A stretch of DNA of 63,516 nt, counting the filler, from Octopus bimaculoides (taxonomy: Eukaryota), in the NCBI RefSeq assembly GCF_001194135.2. It is 6 parts of 6 records of this genome, joined end to end, with 100 filler letters (N's around TTAATTAATTAA, not from the genome) between each part and the next. Parts side by side here need not be neighbours in the genome. Positions count along the whole stretch, not along the records: positions 1 to 23,623 come from NC_068982.1; 5 more parts are not named here. The stretch is one strand, 5' to 3'. Position 1 is the stretch's first letter, and the number at the start of each line of letters is the position of its first letter. The position numbers were made by a program, and so were the translations under genes. Of this stretch, positions 10,599 to 21,392 are shown piece after piece. The notes beneath the pieces were generated by a model. That model did not search any database, was not told the DNA's origin, and saw only the letters and a list, made by a program, of their open reading frames with translations.

Positions 10599-12102
10599 TC
10601 ACACACACAGACAGACACTCACACACAGAGACAGACACACACACACACACACGAGCACACGCACAGCCCAGGAGTGGCTGTGTGATATNNNNNNNNNNNN
10701 NNNNNNNNNNNNNNNNNNNNNNNNNNNNNNNNNNNNNNNNNNNNNNNNNNNNNNNNNNNNNNNNNNNNNNNNNNNNNNNNNNNNNNNNNNNNNNNNNNNN
10801 NNNNNNNNNNNNNNNNNNNNNNNNNNNNNNNNNNNNNNNNNNNNNNNNNNNNNNNNNNNNNNNNNNNNNNNNNNNNNNNNNNNNNNNNNNNNNNNNNNNN
10901 NNNNNNNNNNNNNNNNNNNNNNNNNNNNNNNNNNNNNNNNNNNNNNNNNNNNNNNNNNNNNNNNNNNNNNNNNNNNNNNNNNNNNNNNNNNNNNNNNNNN
11001 NNNNNNNNNNNNNNNNNNNNNNNNNNNNNNNNNNNNNNNNNNNNNNNNNNNNNNNNNNNNNNNNNNNNNNNNNNNNNNNNNNNNNNNNNNNNNNNNNNNN
11101 NNNNNNNNNNNNNNNNNNNNNNNNNNNNNNNNNNNNNNNNNNNNNNNNNNNNNNNNNNNNNNNNNNNNNNNNNNNNNNNATATATATATATATATATATA
11201 TAGACACAAAGACTTGTGTCCACCGGGCTGACCACTCTACCAACGCACTCCAAACTTGTCAAAAGAATACGAAAATTAAATAAAGAAATTCCATGAAGAA
11301 GGCACTTAAACTAACGATCAATAATTTGGTAATGATTTTTAACATTTTAGCACGATCACAAATTAGTTGAAGTTTGTGAGAAGACAATAATATCTTATTA
11401 ATCATTAATCAAATGTTGTTCTTTGGGACATGAATTTTGAGGGCTGAAAGGATTAACGGTAGCATTGATCCAACGAAGTTTGAAATGAGAAAGTAAAAGA
11501 TAAATATACTGTAAGGTGGTTTATCGATTGAGCCATCCCCGTTTACATTAGACATTTCTAATATCGAGTAAGAACATAACTTTTGCTACTGTAGTGAACA
11601 GTCAACTTCATCGATTCTACTAGTACTTATGTTATCGATCCGAATTCTATGCCATTAAATAACTAAATTGAATGACATGTCTAACGAACAACAGTTTCAG
11701 CACAGTCGTCTTGCAATACTGTTATATAACTTATACAGAACGCACGCATTATAATTATTACTTAATACCTTCTCATGCCCATTGCAAGAGACCGCGACGT
11801 AACATATTCCACGCAAGGCATAAATAAAACACATGAAACATGAATATTAAAAGACAAAACCATAAATTTGATGGAACCTATATAAAACCTCCCACTAACG
11901 TCTTATTCAATACTGCTCACACTTTAAGAAAAGAGACAATCGTTTGATAGTGCAATGATTATTAAGCGCATCTAATTATGCTTTCAGTAATTAGTTACAA
12001 ACGCAGATGATCATACTGTGAGGACTGAATAGTCGAGAAATTACATTCACTATATTTGATTGGTACTTAGTTTGTTGACACTAAATAAATCAACTGAAAG
12101 AA

Positions 12103-12145
12103 AAAACAAACAATTCCTATCATAGTAGACGCATTAGGTATAAAA
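12103..12145 (+). mobile_element. Short R4/Dong RLE C-terminal fragment (subfamily of 60972-61257)
   Basis: aaacaattcctatcatagtagacgcattaggtataaaa (TIPIIVDALGIK) is nearly identical to aaacaattcctatcatagtaggtgccttaggtataata in the minus-strand element at 61.2 kb. Confidence 0.6.
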
Positions 12146-12821
12146 TTCACAGAGACAATTGATCATGTTGTTTCTGACTGCCCAGTCCGCACTGAAAAGG
12201 TGTATCTCATAAGACATGACAGACTAGGGCAGTACATCCAACGGAATGCTTGTAAATACTACAAAATTAAATCCAATGATAAGTGGTACAGGCATCATCC
12301 AGAGGACGTAGTAAATAGCGAGGGCGTCATCATCCTTTGGAACTTCCCAATACAAACCGATAAAAATTGACTCTAATCGGCCAGACATTGAGATCAAAGA
12401 CAACAACAGAGGAGCTTGTCTGTTAATAGACATGTCTGTCCCACAAGATCAAAATGTCTCAAAGAAAGAATACGAAAAGCTTTCTCACAATAAAGATCTG
12501 CAAATTGAAATCACAAAAATATGGAAGCTTAGTACTACGATAATACCAGTAGCAATTAATGGTTTGGGAATGATAAAGAAGGGAGCTGAGAAATATATTA
12601 AGCAACTTCCCGGTAACCTCAATCTCCGTGAAGTACAAAAGATAACCTTGATGGGTACAGCCCATATACTACAGAAAGCAATCTCCATCTAAAATGGAAT
12701 AAATGTGGTGATAATTTAACATGCATAGCAAAACAAAAGTGCCCTTGCTACTCTTGGCCTCCGGTGAAATGACCGATACTAGGGCAGCTGAAATAAATTT
12801 ATAATGAAAGGAAACCATAAA
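12146..12821 (+). mobile_element. 5'-truncated R4/Dong-type non-LTR retrotransposon (zinc knuckle end, RLE, 3' UTR)
   Basis: ETIDHVVSDC..RHDRLGQYI..WY.HHPE..ILWNFPIQTDK, a frameshift, then NRPDI..LLIDMSVPQDQNVSKKEYEKL..DLQIEI..IIPVAI..LGMIKKG..GTAHILQKAISI* (stop at 12692). It is followed by (TAA)n. Confidence 0.92.
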
Positions 12822-12877
12822 TAATAATAATAATGATAATAATAATAATAATAATGATAATAATAATAATAATAATG

Positions 12878-12914
<37 letters not shown>

Positions 12915-12919
12915 TAATA
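12822..12919. repeat. (TAA)n/(TGA) microsatellite
   Basis: Read directly from the sequence. Confidence 0.97.
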
Positions 12920-13063
12920 TTCACTAGAACAAAACTGTACAAATCCAAATATATGGTACCCTAGGCATAACACCTACATGAACTTCTAACTTGTTGTCTC
13001 TTGAGGTCTCTGGGTGAGACTTGGATCCAACTTGTACAAATGCAAATCAAAAGTCAAACATAA
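12920..13063 (+). mobile_element. Probable 3'-UTR-only fragment of another R4/Dong-type element
   Basis: A unique 144-bp segment bracketed by (TAA)n on both sides and ending in aaacataa(aat)n like its neighbours. It has no coding part, so the assignment rests on context and recall. Confidence 0.5.
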
Positions 13064-13079
13064 AATAATAATAATAATA

Positions 13080-13587
13080 TTGAGAAAAGTGTGGGATTAG
13101 AGAGAGGCAAGACGTGGTATTAACACAAACCGCATAGAGTGGCGGAGTTGGAGACTAGCAAGATCCTCTGGGATTTCCCAATACAAGTATAACAGACAGG
13201 ATGTTGTGGAGTTCGACATGATGCACTACATGTGCTATATATTTGATGTTGCGTACCACTTTGATCCACAAATAGTGAAGAAGGAAGGCCAAAAATAGAT
13301 AAATACAACCCACTTATATACGAAATAGACCAGCTATAGAAAATGGAGGTGAGGATAGTGCCAATTATTGATGGATCGTTGGGGACAGTGTCAGAAGGCA
13401 TCAAGAGGAATATAAAGGAAATCAGAATAGAGTGCCCAGTAGAACTGTTACAAAATGTTTACCTCCTTGTCACGGCTAGAATGATCAGGGAAGTATTAGA
13501 TAATTGAAAAGAACAGATAGCATGCAGGCAGCAAGCCCCCTAGGCGTGCAAGACTCCAGGAGCTCCAACAAAGCTTGAAATAAAAAG
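13080..13587 (+). mobile_element. 5'-truncated R4/Dong-type RLE fragment, second subfamily
   Basis: EKCGLERGKTWY*HKP..KILWDFPIQ..CYIFDVAYHFD..KKEGQKIDKYNPL..IVPII.GSLGTV..LL.TARMIREVLDN* (stop 13505-13507), then a UTR and (TAA/CAA)n. Confidence 0.88.
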
Positions 13588-13884
13588 TAATAATAATAAC
13601 AACAACAACAACAACAACAAAAATAATGATAATAGTAATAATAATAATAATATTCTTTTCTTTTCGTTCGTTTTACTTTCTTTTCCCCCCTTTATATTCT
13701 TTATTTACGTCCTTATTTTTTATTTTATATTCCTTTTCCTTTCTGTCTTGCTTGCGCCTTTTCTTTATCACATGACTTTCTAAATTAAGAATCTGGTGTG
13801 TTTATGTTAATGACCTACGAATTTATACAGTGTATTTCTCTGCCCTGTCACCAAAACACTCGAAATGGAAGCCAAATTGAAAGA

Positions 13885-13942
13885 AGAAGAAGAAGAAGAA
13901 GAAGAAGAAGAAGAAGAAGAAGAAGAAGAAGAAGAAGAAGAA

Positions 13943-14031
<89 letters not shown>

Positions 14032-14047
14032 TGATGATGATGATGAT
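13885..14047. repeat. Compound (GAA)n(GAT)n(AAT)n(GAT)n array
   Basis: Read directly from the sequence. Confidence 0.97.
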
Positions 14048-14633
14048 AGGGTAGGACAGTGTTTACATTGGAAAATATGTAATCACTACAAAATCAGCAC
14101 TCCCGCTTACTGGTATGAATATCATCCTGATCCAGACATTGAAGGTAAAGATGTCACTATTCTCTGGGATTTTCCAGAACTATCCGGACTTATCGACCAG
14201 ACATAGTCATTAAAGACGTGGAAGAAAATACTTGTAGACTTACAGATGTAAATGTTCCCACTGATAAAAATATACCTGTAAAGCAATTTGACAAATTAAG
14301 TAAATATATGGTCCTGGAAATTGAAAAACAAAATATGTGGCATCTTTAAGCGGGAACTGTTCTTGTTTTTGTGGGTGCCCTAGTTATGATAAGAAAGACA
14401 TGTCAAAAACATCTAGATAATATTCCAGTAGAACCATGTCTTAGAGAAATATTTAGGAAAAACCCTATCCATTTAAATGTCTGTGTAGTATTACATGAAG
14501 ATATTTCGCTATTGCCCCTGCCACTTCCCCTCCACAAGCTTTCAGTCATACTGTAACATCTCTTAACGTTCACTCGCACTAGGACGCTGGGATTGTCTCG
14601 GCAAGTGATTGTAACAAGCATGCAGATTTAAAG

Positions 14634-14636
<3 letters not shown>
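14045..14636 (+). mobile_element. 5'-truncated R4/Dong-type RLE fragment, third subfamily
   Basis: DRVGQCLHWKICNHYKI..WYEYHPDP..VTILWDF..RPDIVIKD..DVNVPTDKNI.VKQFDKLSKY.VLEIE..VGALVMIRK, then a UTR and (CAA)n(TAA)n. Confidence 0.9.

Positions 14637-14716
<80 letters not shown>
14637..14716. repeat. (CAA)n(TAA)n tract shared by a Dong 3' end and an antisense SINE tail
   Basis: Read directly from the sequence. Confidence 0.95.
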
Positions 14717-14718
<2 letters not shown>

Positions 14719-14872
14719 TCATTTCTACTACAGATCCAAACAAGATCTGAGGTTTCATGTAAGGGTGCCAGTCAATTACGTCGACCCCAGTGCTCGATCC
14801 CCGATCCTGAAAGAATGAAAGTCGACCTCAGCAGCGTTTGAACTCAGAAGGCAAAACCGGAAGAAATGCCTC
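14717..14872 (-). mobile_element. CORE-type SINE
   Basis: gatcatttctactac tail; gtcgaccccagtgctc; gaaagtcgacctcagcagcgtttgaactcagaa. Confidence 0.8.
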
Positions 14873-15804
14873 ACGACACACTAAGGAATAAGTCCGCTCA
14901 CCATATGGCAAGCTGACAAGTATAATGAATTACGGCAAGAAACTTTAAGCAGGTGACTACAGAGACGGGGTGAAAGATGTTATATAATATATATGGGACC
15001 AAGATGAAATGTTATAAAATATATATCGCAAATAAAATAAAATAAGGAAAATATTCAACTCCATATTATTTGAAAAATGATGGAAGTTATTTGAGGTTAT
15101 TGTTTACGCACAAGTAAGAAATCACCAGCTAGAACAGGTTAGAGTTCTCTACGTTTCTGCTCGCCCACATGTCTGCCATTCCTCCTATAGGAGCTTCGTG
15201 CACTCGACATTTCCCGGTAACATGTTTTGATGTTTTATATCTAGGATACAGTATATCTCAGTTTTAGCGCATTATGGTGTATTTCTATTGTTTCAGTTAA
15301 GACCTTCTCTCCAGGTGTCAAATTTGCAAGCTACGATAACTAGGCCAAAACGTCTGCTGTACTATTGAGTGCTTCTCTATAATAAGACTCCGTCTGACCT
15401 CCGGCACACAATGAATTATATTTAATTGTTTCCTTCATTGCCGTACCATTGCTTTTCTAAGGGGGAACATCATTGTGATTTTGAAGATAAATATTATTGT
15501 TTTTCTCAGGGTGCTCTCTTTTGTATTTTTTTTTCTCTGTTAAGAGTGACCAGATTTTGGAAGACTTACATGTCTTTACTTCTTTCATGCTCTACTCGAC
15601 GGTTTGAAATTATTTCTTTCATCGTCACCTGCAATTCAGTCACAAGACATTGGAGTGCAGATGATGCTGTTCAGAAGTTCCTTGGAGACTAAATTATGCT
15701 GCAACAGCTGTTTCTTTTGTCTTATATTCTGCATCATTTATTGATACTTGTAGCCAAGGCAGGAAAAATGTGCACTTTCTCTACTTTGTTAGGTTCTAGA
15801 GACG

Positions 15805-15900
15805 CAAAAGAGGTGGTGATATATTCATATCTACTGTAACCTACAAAAGCATATGGACAACTTGCTGTGGGAAGTTGAAAATGCAACGATTCAGACAGAG
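15805..15900 (+). mobile_element. Possible decayed RTE LINE 3' coding end
   Basis: KRW*YIH ... AYGQLAVGS*KC weakly resembles the RTE motif LRW.GH..RM....PK..YGQL..GKR. Confidence 0.3.
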
Positions 15901-16052
15901 TTCTTCCTCGGGAAAAAGTCGACAGGGGAGAAATTAAAGTGTCACTGCAGAGTTTTATATCCTTTTAGTTCGAAAAACAGGCTTCAACTGATAAGGAAGA
16001 CCACGGAACTTCATACACAAACAGAAAGTAGTAGGAAACAAGCATTGGTTGT

Positions 16053-16134
16053 ATGTGTGTGCGTGTGTGTGTGCGTGTGTGTGTGCGTGTGTGTGTGCGT
16101 GTGTGTGTGCGCACGTGTGTGCGCGTGTGTGTGC

Positions 16135-16168
<34 letters not shown>
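16053..16168. repeat. (GT)n(GA)n microsatellite
   Basis: Read directly from the sequence. Confidence 0.95.
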
Positions 16169-16170
<2 letters not shown>

Positions 16171-16646
16171 AACTGAATGAAATGTGAAAGAGAAGCTTGT
16201 GGAAAGCAAGAGTGAACTAAAGGGAAAAGATGGGGTAAGAGGGAAGTTGATGGATAAAAAAGGATTACTGAACTAAGAGTAGGTATAGGAGTAAGAGGAA
16301 AAACATTCGTAAACACATGTCGGTGACATGATACGAAGTTCAACCATAAAACATCGCCTTTTCCATTTCTTTGAGTATGTACATCGATGTTGTGTGGAGG
16401 TACTGCTTCTTGTGCTTAAAGTTAGTAATGACAGGTTGGCCAAACATGCTTCGTATTATGCTTCGAGTGTGCTCTCGATAGCGATTAACAAGGTATCAGT
16501 CAATTTCCTCAATGTAGAGAGCGCCTCAGAATATGCATATGATACAAAATATTGAAGAAAAGTGAGTTGGAAACACTAGATTATCAGTCCGGTTTTTATC
16601 TCTTTTGCTGAATAATACAAGTCCTGTAGGCGTAGACCAACACTGC

Positions 16647-16714
<68 letters not shown>

Positions 16715-16748
16715 GTCTGTCTGTCTGTCTATTTATCTATTCATCTAT
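16647..16748. repeat. (ATCT)n tetranucleotide array
   Basis: Read directly from the sequence. Confidence 0.95.
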
Positions 16749-16959
16749 CTTTGAGTGGGAGAGAGGAAGAAAGTTTATGTGTAGTAAATACTTTTCCTTT
16801 TATAATAAGATTCATACAGAATTTGAAAAGTTTCCACCCTATAAATAGCCTTATCTCAAACTGCAGAGCCCGAAAGAAACATGTCTAACTCGGGCAGAAG
16901 CAGAAGCAGTAGCACTAGAAGCCCCACTACCAACAATAGCGGTGATAACAACTACAATA

Positions 16960-17083
16960 TCAAGAAGAAGAAGAAGAAGAAGAAGAAGAAGAAGAAGAAG
17001 AAGAAAAACAAGAAGAAGAAGAAAAAAAAAAGAAGAAGAAGAGGAACAAGAAGAAGAAAAAGAAGAAGAAGAAGAAGAAGAAG

Positions 17084-17119
<36 letters not shown>

Positions 17120-17155
17120 AATAACACTAATACTAATATCAATAATAATAATAAA
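16960..17155. repeat. Compound (GAA)n(CAA)n(TAA)n array continuous with a SINE tail
   Basis: Read directly from the sequence. Confidence 0.95.
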
Positions 17156-17159
17156 AATT

Positions 17160-17335
17160 ATTTTCTATCACAAGGCCTGAAATTTTAGGGAGGGGTTAAG
17201 TCGATTACATCGACCCCGGTGCTCAAGCAGTACTTATGTTATTGACCCCGAAATGATGAAATGCAAAGTCGACCTCGGCGGAATTTTACTCCAGAAGGTG
17301 AAGGCGTACCAAATACCGCTAAGCAACTTTTACTT
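17160..17335 (-). mobile_element. CORE-type SINE
   Basis: cacaaggcctgaaattttagggaggggttaagtcgattacatcgacccc...gcaaagtcgacctcggcggaattt...ccgctaagca. Confidence 0.92.
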
Positions 17336-17484
17336 TGCATACAAACGATTCTACTGTTTTAATAATAATAATAATAATAATGAGAACAATAAAAATAAGA
17401 ATTTCTTCGTTGTTCACAGAGATCGTAAAATGTTTAGCAAAAAAATAGGAAAAGACAATGCTGATTTAGATAAACATGAGTAAG

Positions 17485-17995
17485 TTAACGTTACAGATGT
17501 CGAAGCCTCAGCGCATAGTTGAGCATCATCAACCACGGCATGTCCAGTCTTCTAATCAGTGGATTTTGACTGCAAATGGTCCGTCAGACATTAACAAGAG
17601 TAAAGCTCATCAAATAGGTAACTTTAGATGAATGATACAATGTAGGAATTCACCAATTCAGCCTGACCTTTCAGGTATGTTCCATGTCGGTGATTTCTGG
17701 ATGAGATGTATTACCCTACACGTCACCTCATCCTAGTTATGTCCGCCGGGAGATCTGGATCAACCCAAACCAAACGAAACCATAAACAATTTAACGTTCC
17801 GTCCGACAGCGCCCCAGAACGCTATTGGATAGCACGAACCCTTTCCAGGTGCCGAGATTCCGGTACAACAAATTCCTCTGGCTAATTTTTGCGCCAGTCC
17901 ACCCTTAAAGTGGTGCGGATCACCCTAAAATGTTTGCTGCCTGACAATATTCCGGTGACGTTCTGCGACACCATCAAGCCTGTAGAATAGCATTA
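17485..17995. repeat. Unclassified GC-richer interspersed repeat (possibly a LINE 5' region)
   Basis: A composition step of about 500 bp, CpG-containing, with no long ORF. I recall it as a repeated octopus sequence but cannot verify this. Confidence 0.35.
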
Positions 17996-18464
17996 AATTA
18001 ATATACACATTTTAATTAATCTTTTCTCAGAGCACTCGAGTTCGTCTACTGTTTTAAAAGATTACAACGATTACTACTCAATGTTTGTATATACATTATA
18101 TATATATGACACAAGCGGTATTGAAATACTGCTTCTCATATAGCGTAAGGCCAGAAATTTTGTGCAAGTAGGATTAATTATTTTAAAAATGTTAACTAAA
18201 AAGTCAGCTTTTTGTTATACACAAATAACTGATAGCAATATTTCAGTAAAGATACGACATACATGATGCGTAATTTATTGCCTAAAATCAGTAACAAAAG
18301 TGAAATTTAAATGGCGTTAGGGAATTAAATTATATTGTACACCACTTCTACGCCGGCATCATTTGTAGCTGGATAATACCGAATTATCAAATATGCTGGA
18401 GAATCAGATTTCAACTTAACAGTCAAAAACAATATAAGCACCCAACAAATTCGTATCTATTTGA

Positions 18465-18815
18465 TGGCACTCCGTCGTTTACGACGTCGAGGGTTCCATT
18501 TGATCCGATCAGCGGAACAGCCTGCTCGTGAAATTAACGTGCAAGTGGCTGAGCACTCCACAGTCACGTGTACCCTTAACGTAGTTCTCAGGGATATTCA
18601 GCGTGACACAGTGTGATAAGGCTGACCCTTTGAATTACAGGCACAACAGAAACATGAAGTAAGAGTGAAAGAAAGTTGTGGTGGAAGAGTACAGCAAGGT
18701 TCGCCACCATCCCCTGCCGGAGCCTCGTGGAGCGTTAGTTGTTTTCGCTCAATAAACACTCACAAGGCCCGGTCTGGGAATCGAAACCGCGATCCTATGG
18801 GCCATTGCGCCTCCA
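18465..18815 (-). mobile_element. tRNA-derived SINE, head plus central domain A plus tail variant i
   Basis: Reverse complement starts tggaggcgcaatggccc...gcggtttcgattcccagaccggg (A/B boxes), continues gagcgaaaac...ccggcaggggatggtggcgaa...caactttctttcactc, and ends with tail gaactacgttaagggtacacg...cacgagcaggctgttccg. Confidence 0.92.
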
Positions 18816-18899
18816 CTCGTATTTATTAAACAGTTTATTAAATACGTAAGTATTATTTTCAGGAACATTAATACCAGCCGAAACTTGTAAGTTTAAGTT

Positions 18900-19140
18900 T
18901 AGAAATGTAATTTCTATTAAAGTTTTTCCACAATTCAACTATAAATAAGCAAGTCTTTGTTATTTATACCTTCTTGTATTTACTTAGCTTCTCCATGCCC
19001 AATGACCCGGATATCGGCCTACTCTTGGAAAGCTTTGCACTAAACCACTTAAATAACAGCTCGTCTATTTGTGTTAGTTTTGAATTTTGTTAATGTTTGC
19101 CGAGTAACAACACGTATAGATTTGTCTGAATCAATCACAA
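18900..19140 (-). mobile_element. pogo/Tigger (CENP-B HTH) transposase remnant
   Basis: SKLTQIDELLFKWFSAKLSKSRPISGSLGMEKL resembles the CENP-B-type HTH D..L..WF...R....PISG.LL.EKA. Confidence 0.55.
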
Positions 19141-19510
19141 ATTGCATTTATCTGACTTTATTGTTTTTAAAATAGCTGAAAACTTACGTTCTATTCAAGC
19201 ACAATCACGCTCTGGTGTTCACTACTTTTCTAACGCCGTATTATTCACAATTCTCCTATATTGGTTATTATAATAGCATTGGAAGCCCCTTTTCCTAATG
19301 GATGCGCAACATATGAGTAGGTAAAGGCAAAAAAAAATACCTACGAGCTAGGTTTTAAAAATAAATATAAACAATTATGAGAGAAGTCGATGGTTAGTGG
19401 CGGCACGAACAGAATAAAACTTTGGACAACCAGAAAATGCGTATGCTAATCGGGTCTAATATATATGTTTATATGTATGTATGTATGTATATATGTATGT
19501 ATGTATATCA

Positions 19511-19617
19511 TTATTCAGTTTATTTCTAGGTTTCTTGCCAATAGGGAAAGAACCGGTCTCTAACCTACATCCAAGGCTTCTTCATTGGAATTTCAACGTC
19601 AATAAGAGAGTAATTTT
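19511..19617. repeat. Short interspersed repeat fragment embedded in (ATGT)n
   Basis: tttcttgccaatagggaaagaaccggtctctaacctacatccaaggcttcttcattggaatttcaac. I recall this as a LINE-type 3' tail but have not verified it. Confidence 0.4.
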
Positions 19618-19762
19618 GTATGTATGCATGTATGTATGTATGTATGTATGTATATATGTATATATGTATGTGTGTGTGTATGTATGTATACATGTATATA
19701 TATATATGCATGTATGTATATAGGTATGTATGCTTGTATGTATATCAACATATCCATGTGAT

Positions 19763-19799
<37 letters not shown>

Positions 19800-20431
19800 A
19801 TATAATACAGTATAATATATATATATATATNNNNNNNNNNNNNNNNNNNNNNNNNNNNNNNNNNNNNNNNNNNNNNNNNNNNNNNNNNNNNNNNNNNNNN
19901 NNNNNNNNNNNNNNNNNNNNNNNNNNNNNNNNNNNNNNNNNNNNNNNNNNNNNNNNNNNNNNNNNNNNNNNNNNNNNNNNNNNNNNNNNNNNNNNNNNNN
20001 NNNNNNNNNNNNNNNNNNNNNNNNNNNNNNNNNNNNNNNNNNNNNNNNNNNNNNNNNNNNNNNNNNNNNNNNNNNNNNNNNNNNNNNNNNNNNNNNNNNN
20101 NNNNNNNNNNNNNNNNNNNNNNNNNNNNNNNNNNNNNNNNNNNNNNNNNNNNNNNNNNNNNNNNNNNNNNNNNNNNNNNNNNNNNNNNNNNNNNNNNNNN
20201 NNNNNNNNNNNNNNNNNNNNNNNNNNNNNNNNNNNNNNNNNNNNNNNNNNNNNNNNNNNNNNNNNNNNNNNNNNNNNNNNNNNNNNNNNNNNNNNNNNNN
20301 NNNNNNNNNNNNNNNNNNNNNNNNNNNNNNNNNNNNNNNNNNNNNNNNNNNNNNNNNNNNNNNNNNNNNNNNNNNNNNNNNNNNNNNNNNNNNNNNNNNT
20401 TTATTTTTACTCACACACACACACACACACC

Positions 20432-20489
<58 letters not shown>

Positions 20490-20493
20490 CATA

Positions 20494-21358
20494 TACGAGG
20501 ACTGATCTATCTGTATCCGGACTGTTGCCATAATAACGAAGCTAAAGCACGCAGAGTAAAGCCGCTTGGCACAGATTGACTCTGTACGCTGCTGTGCTGG
20601 TGCACTAAGTTTTAACGTACTAGCTCACTTCCGCTGTTTAGAGCAGTGATTCGATGGAAGGTATGTAGCGTGTGATCGTCGCATTGAACATTACTGAGAA
20701 AGTTGAGCAGAGAATCTACATCAAATTTTGTTAAAAGCTTGGCGATACCCGCTCAGAAGCCTACGCAAAGTTTTCAAAAAGATTTCATCGTTCTGGATAC
20801 AAACAAGGAGATCTTCTACAACTGAGACCCGAGTGTCTTTATGTTCAGTTGAAAACAGTTTTGGCACAAACTTGGCAGTCACACGTCTCATACCCAAATC
20901 TTCAGTGATAATGTACTGGACTGAACCATAATTAATCTGCACATCCTCTGATAATTCACGGATGGTGATGCGACGATTTTCCCTCACGGCTACATGCACA
21001 TCTGCGATGCTTTTCTCCCAAAACGTTCGTCAATATCGACATTTTTCGGCGATGTTGGAAACGTCTCAACCACATGTGTGCAACTCATGCACTCCACTCC
21101 ATACAATTTCTGCAACTTTGCGTATGCCTCTCATTACTTATCGCCACAACAACTTTTTCTATCGTGGTCAATGCGACGATCACACGTTACACATTTCTCT
21201 TCCAAGCAGTACTGTAAACAGTGAAAGTGAGCTGGAACATTAAAACTTAGTGCACGTACACCGCAGAGCACATAGTCAATCTGTGCCAAGCAGCTTTACA
21301 CTACGTGCTTTAGTTTCGTTACTATGGTAACAGTCTTGATACTTATTGGTCAGTTCTC

Positions 21359-21361
<3 letters not shown>
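20494..21361. mobile_element. Non-autonomous mariner derivative made of two 5' ends in inverted orientation, inserted in (TA)n
   Basis: Arms tacgaggactgatc...cacttccgctgttta and the reverse complement tacgagaactgacc...cactttcactgttta. The left arm continues into TEKVEQRIYIKFC*KLGDTRSEAYAK on +. The right arm continues on - into the HTH region ITIRELSEDVQINYGSVQYIITEDLGMRRVTAKFVPKL..FLK. Confidence 0.9.

Positions 21362-21392
<31 letters not shown>

Noticed and set aside
13865-14206. 113-aa ORF with poly-E/D/N that looks like an acidic protein
   Set aside because: A triplet array fused by chance in frame to a truncated retrotransposon RLE fragment.
18988-19072. Plus-strand exon-like segment (FSMPNDPDIGLLLESFAL...)
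   Set aside because: Better explained as the antisense of a pogo/Tigger HTH remnant.
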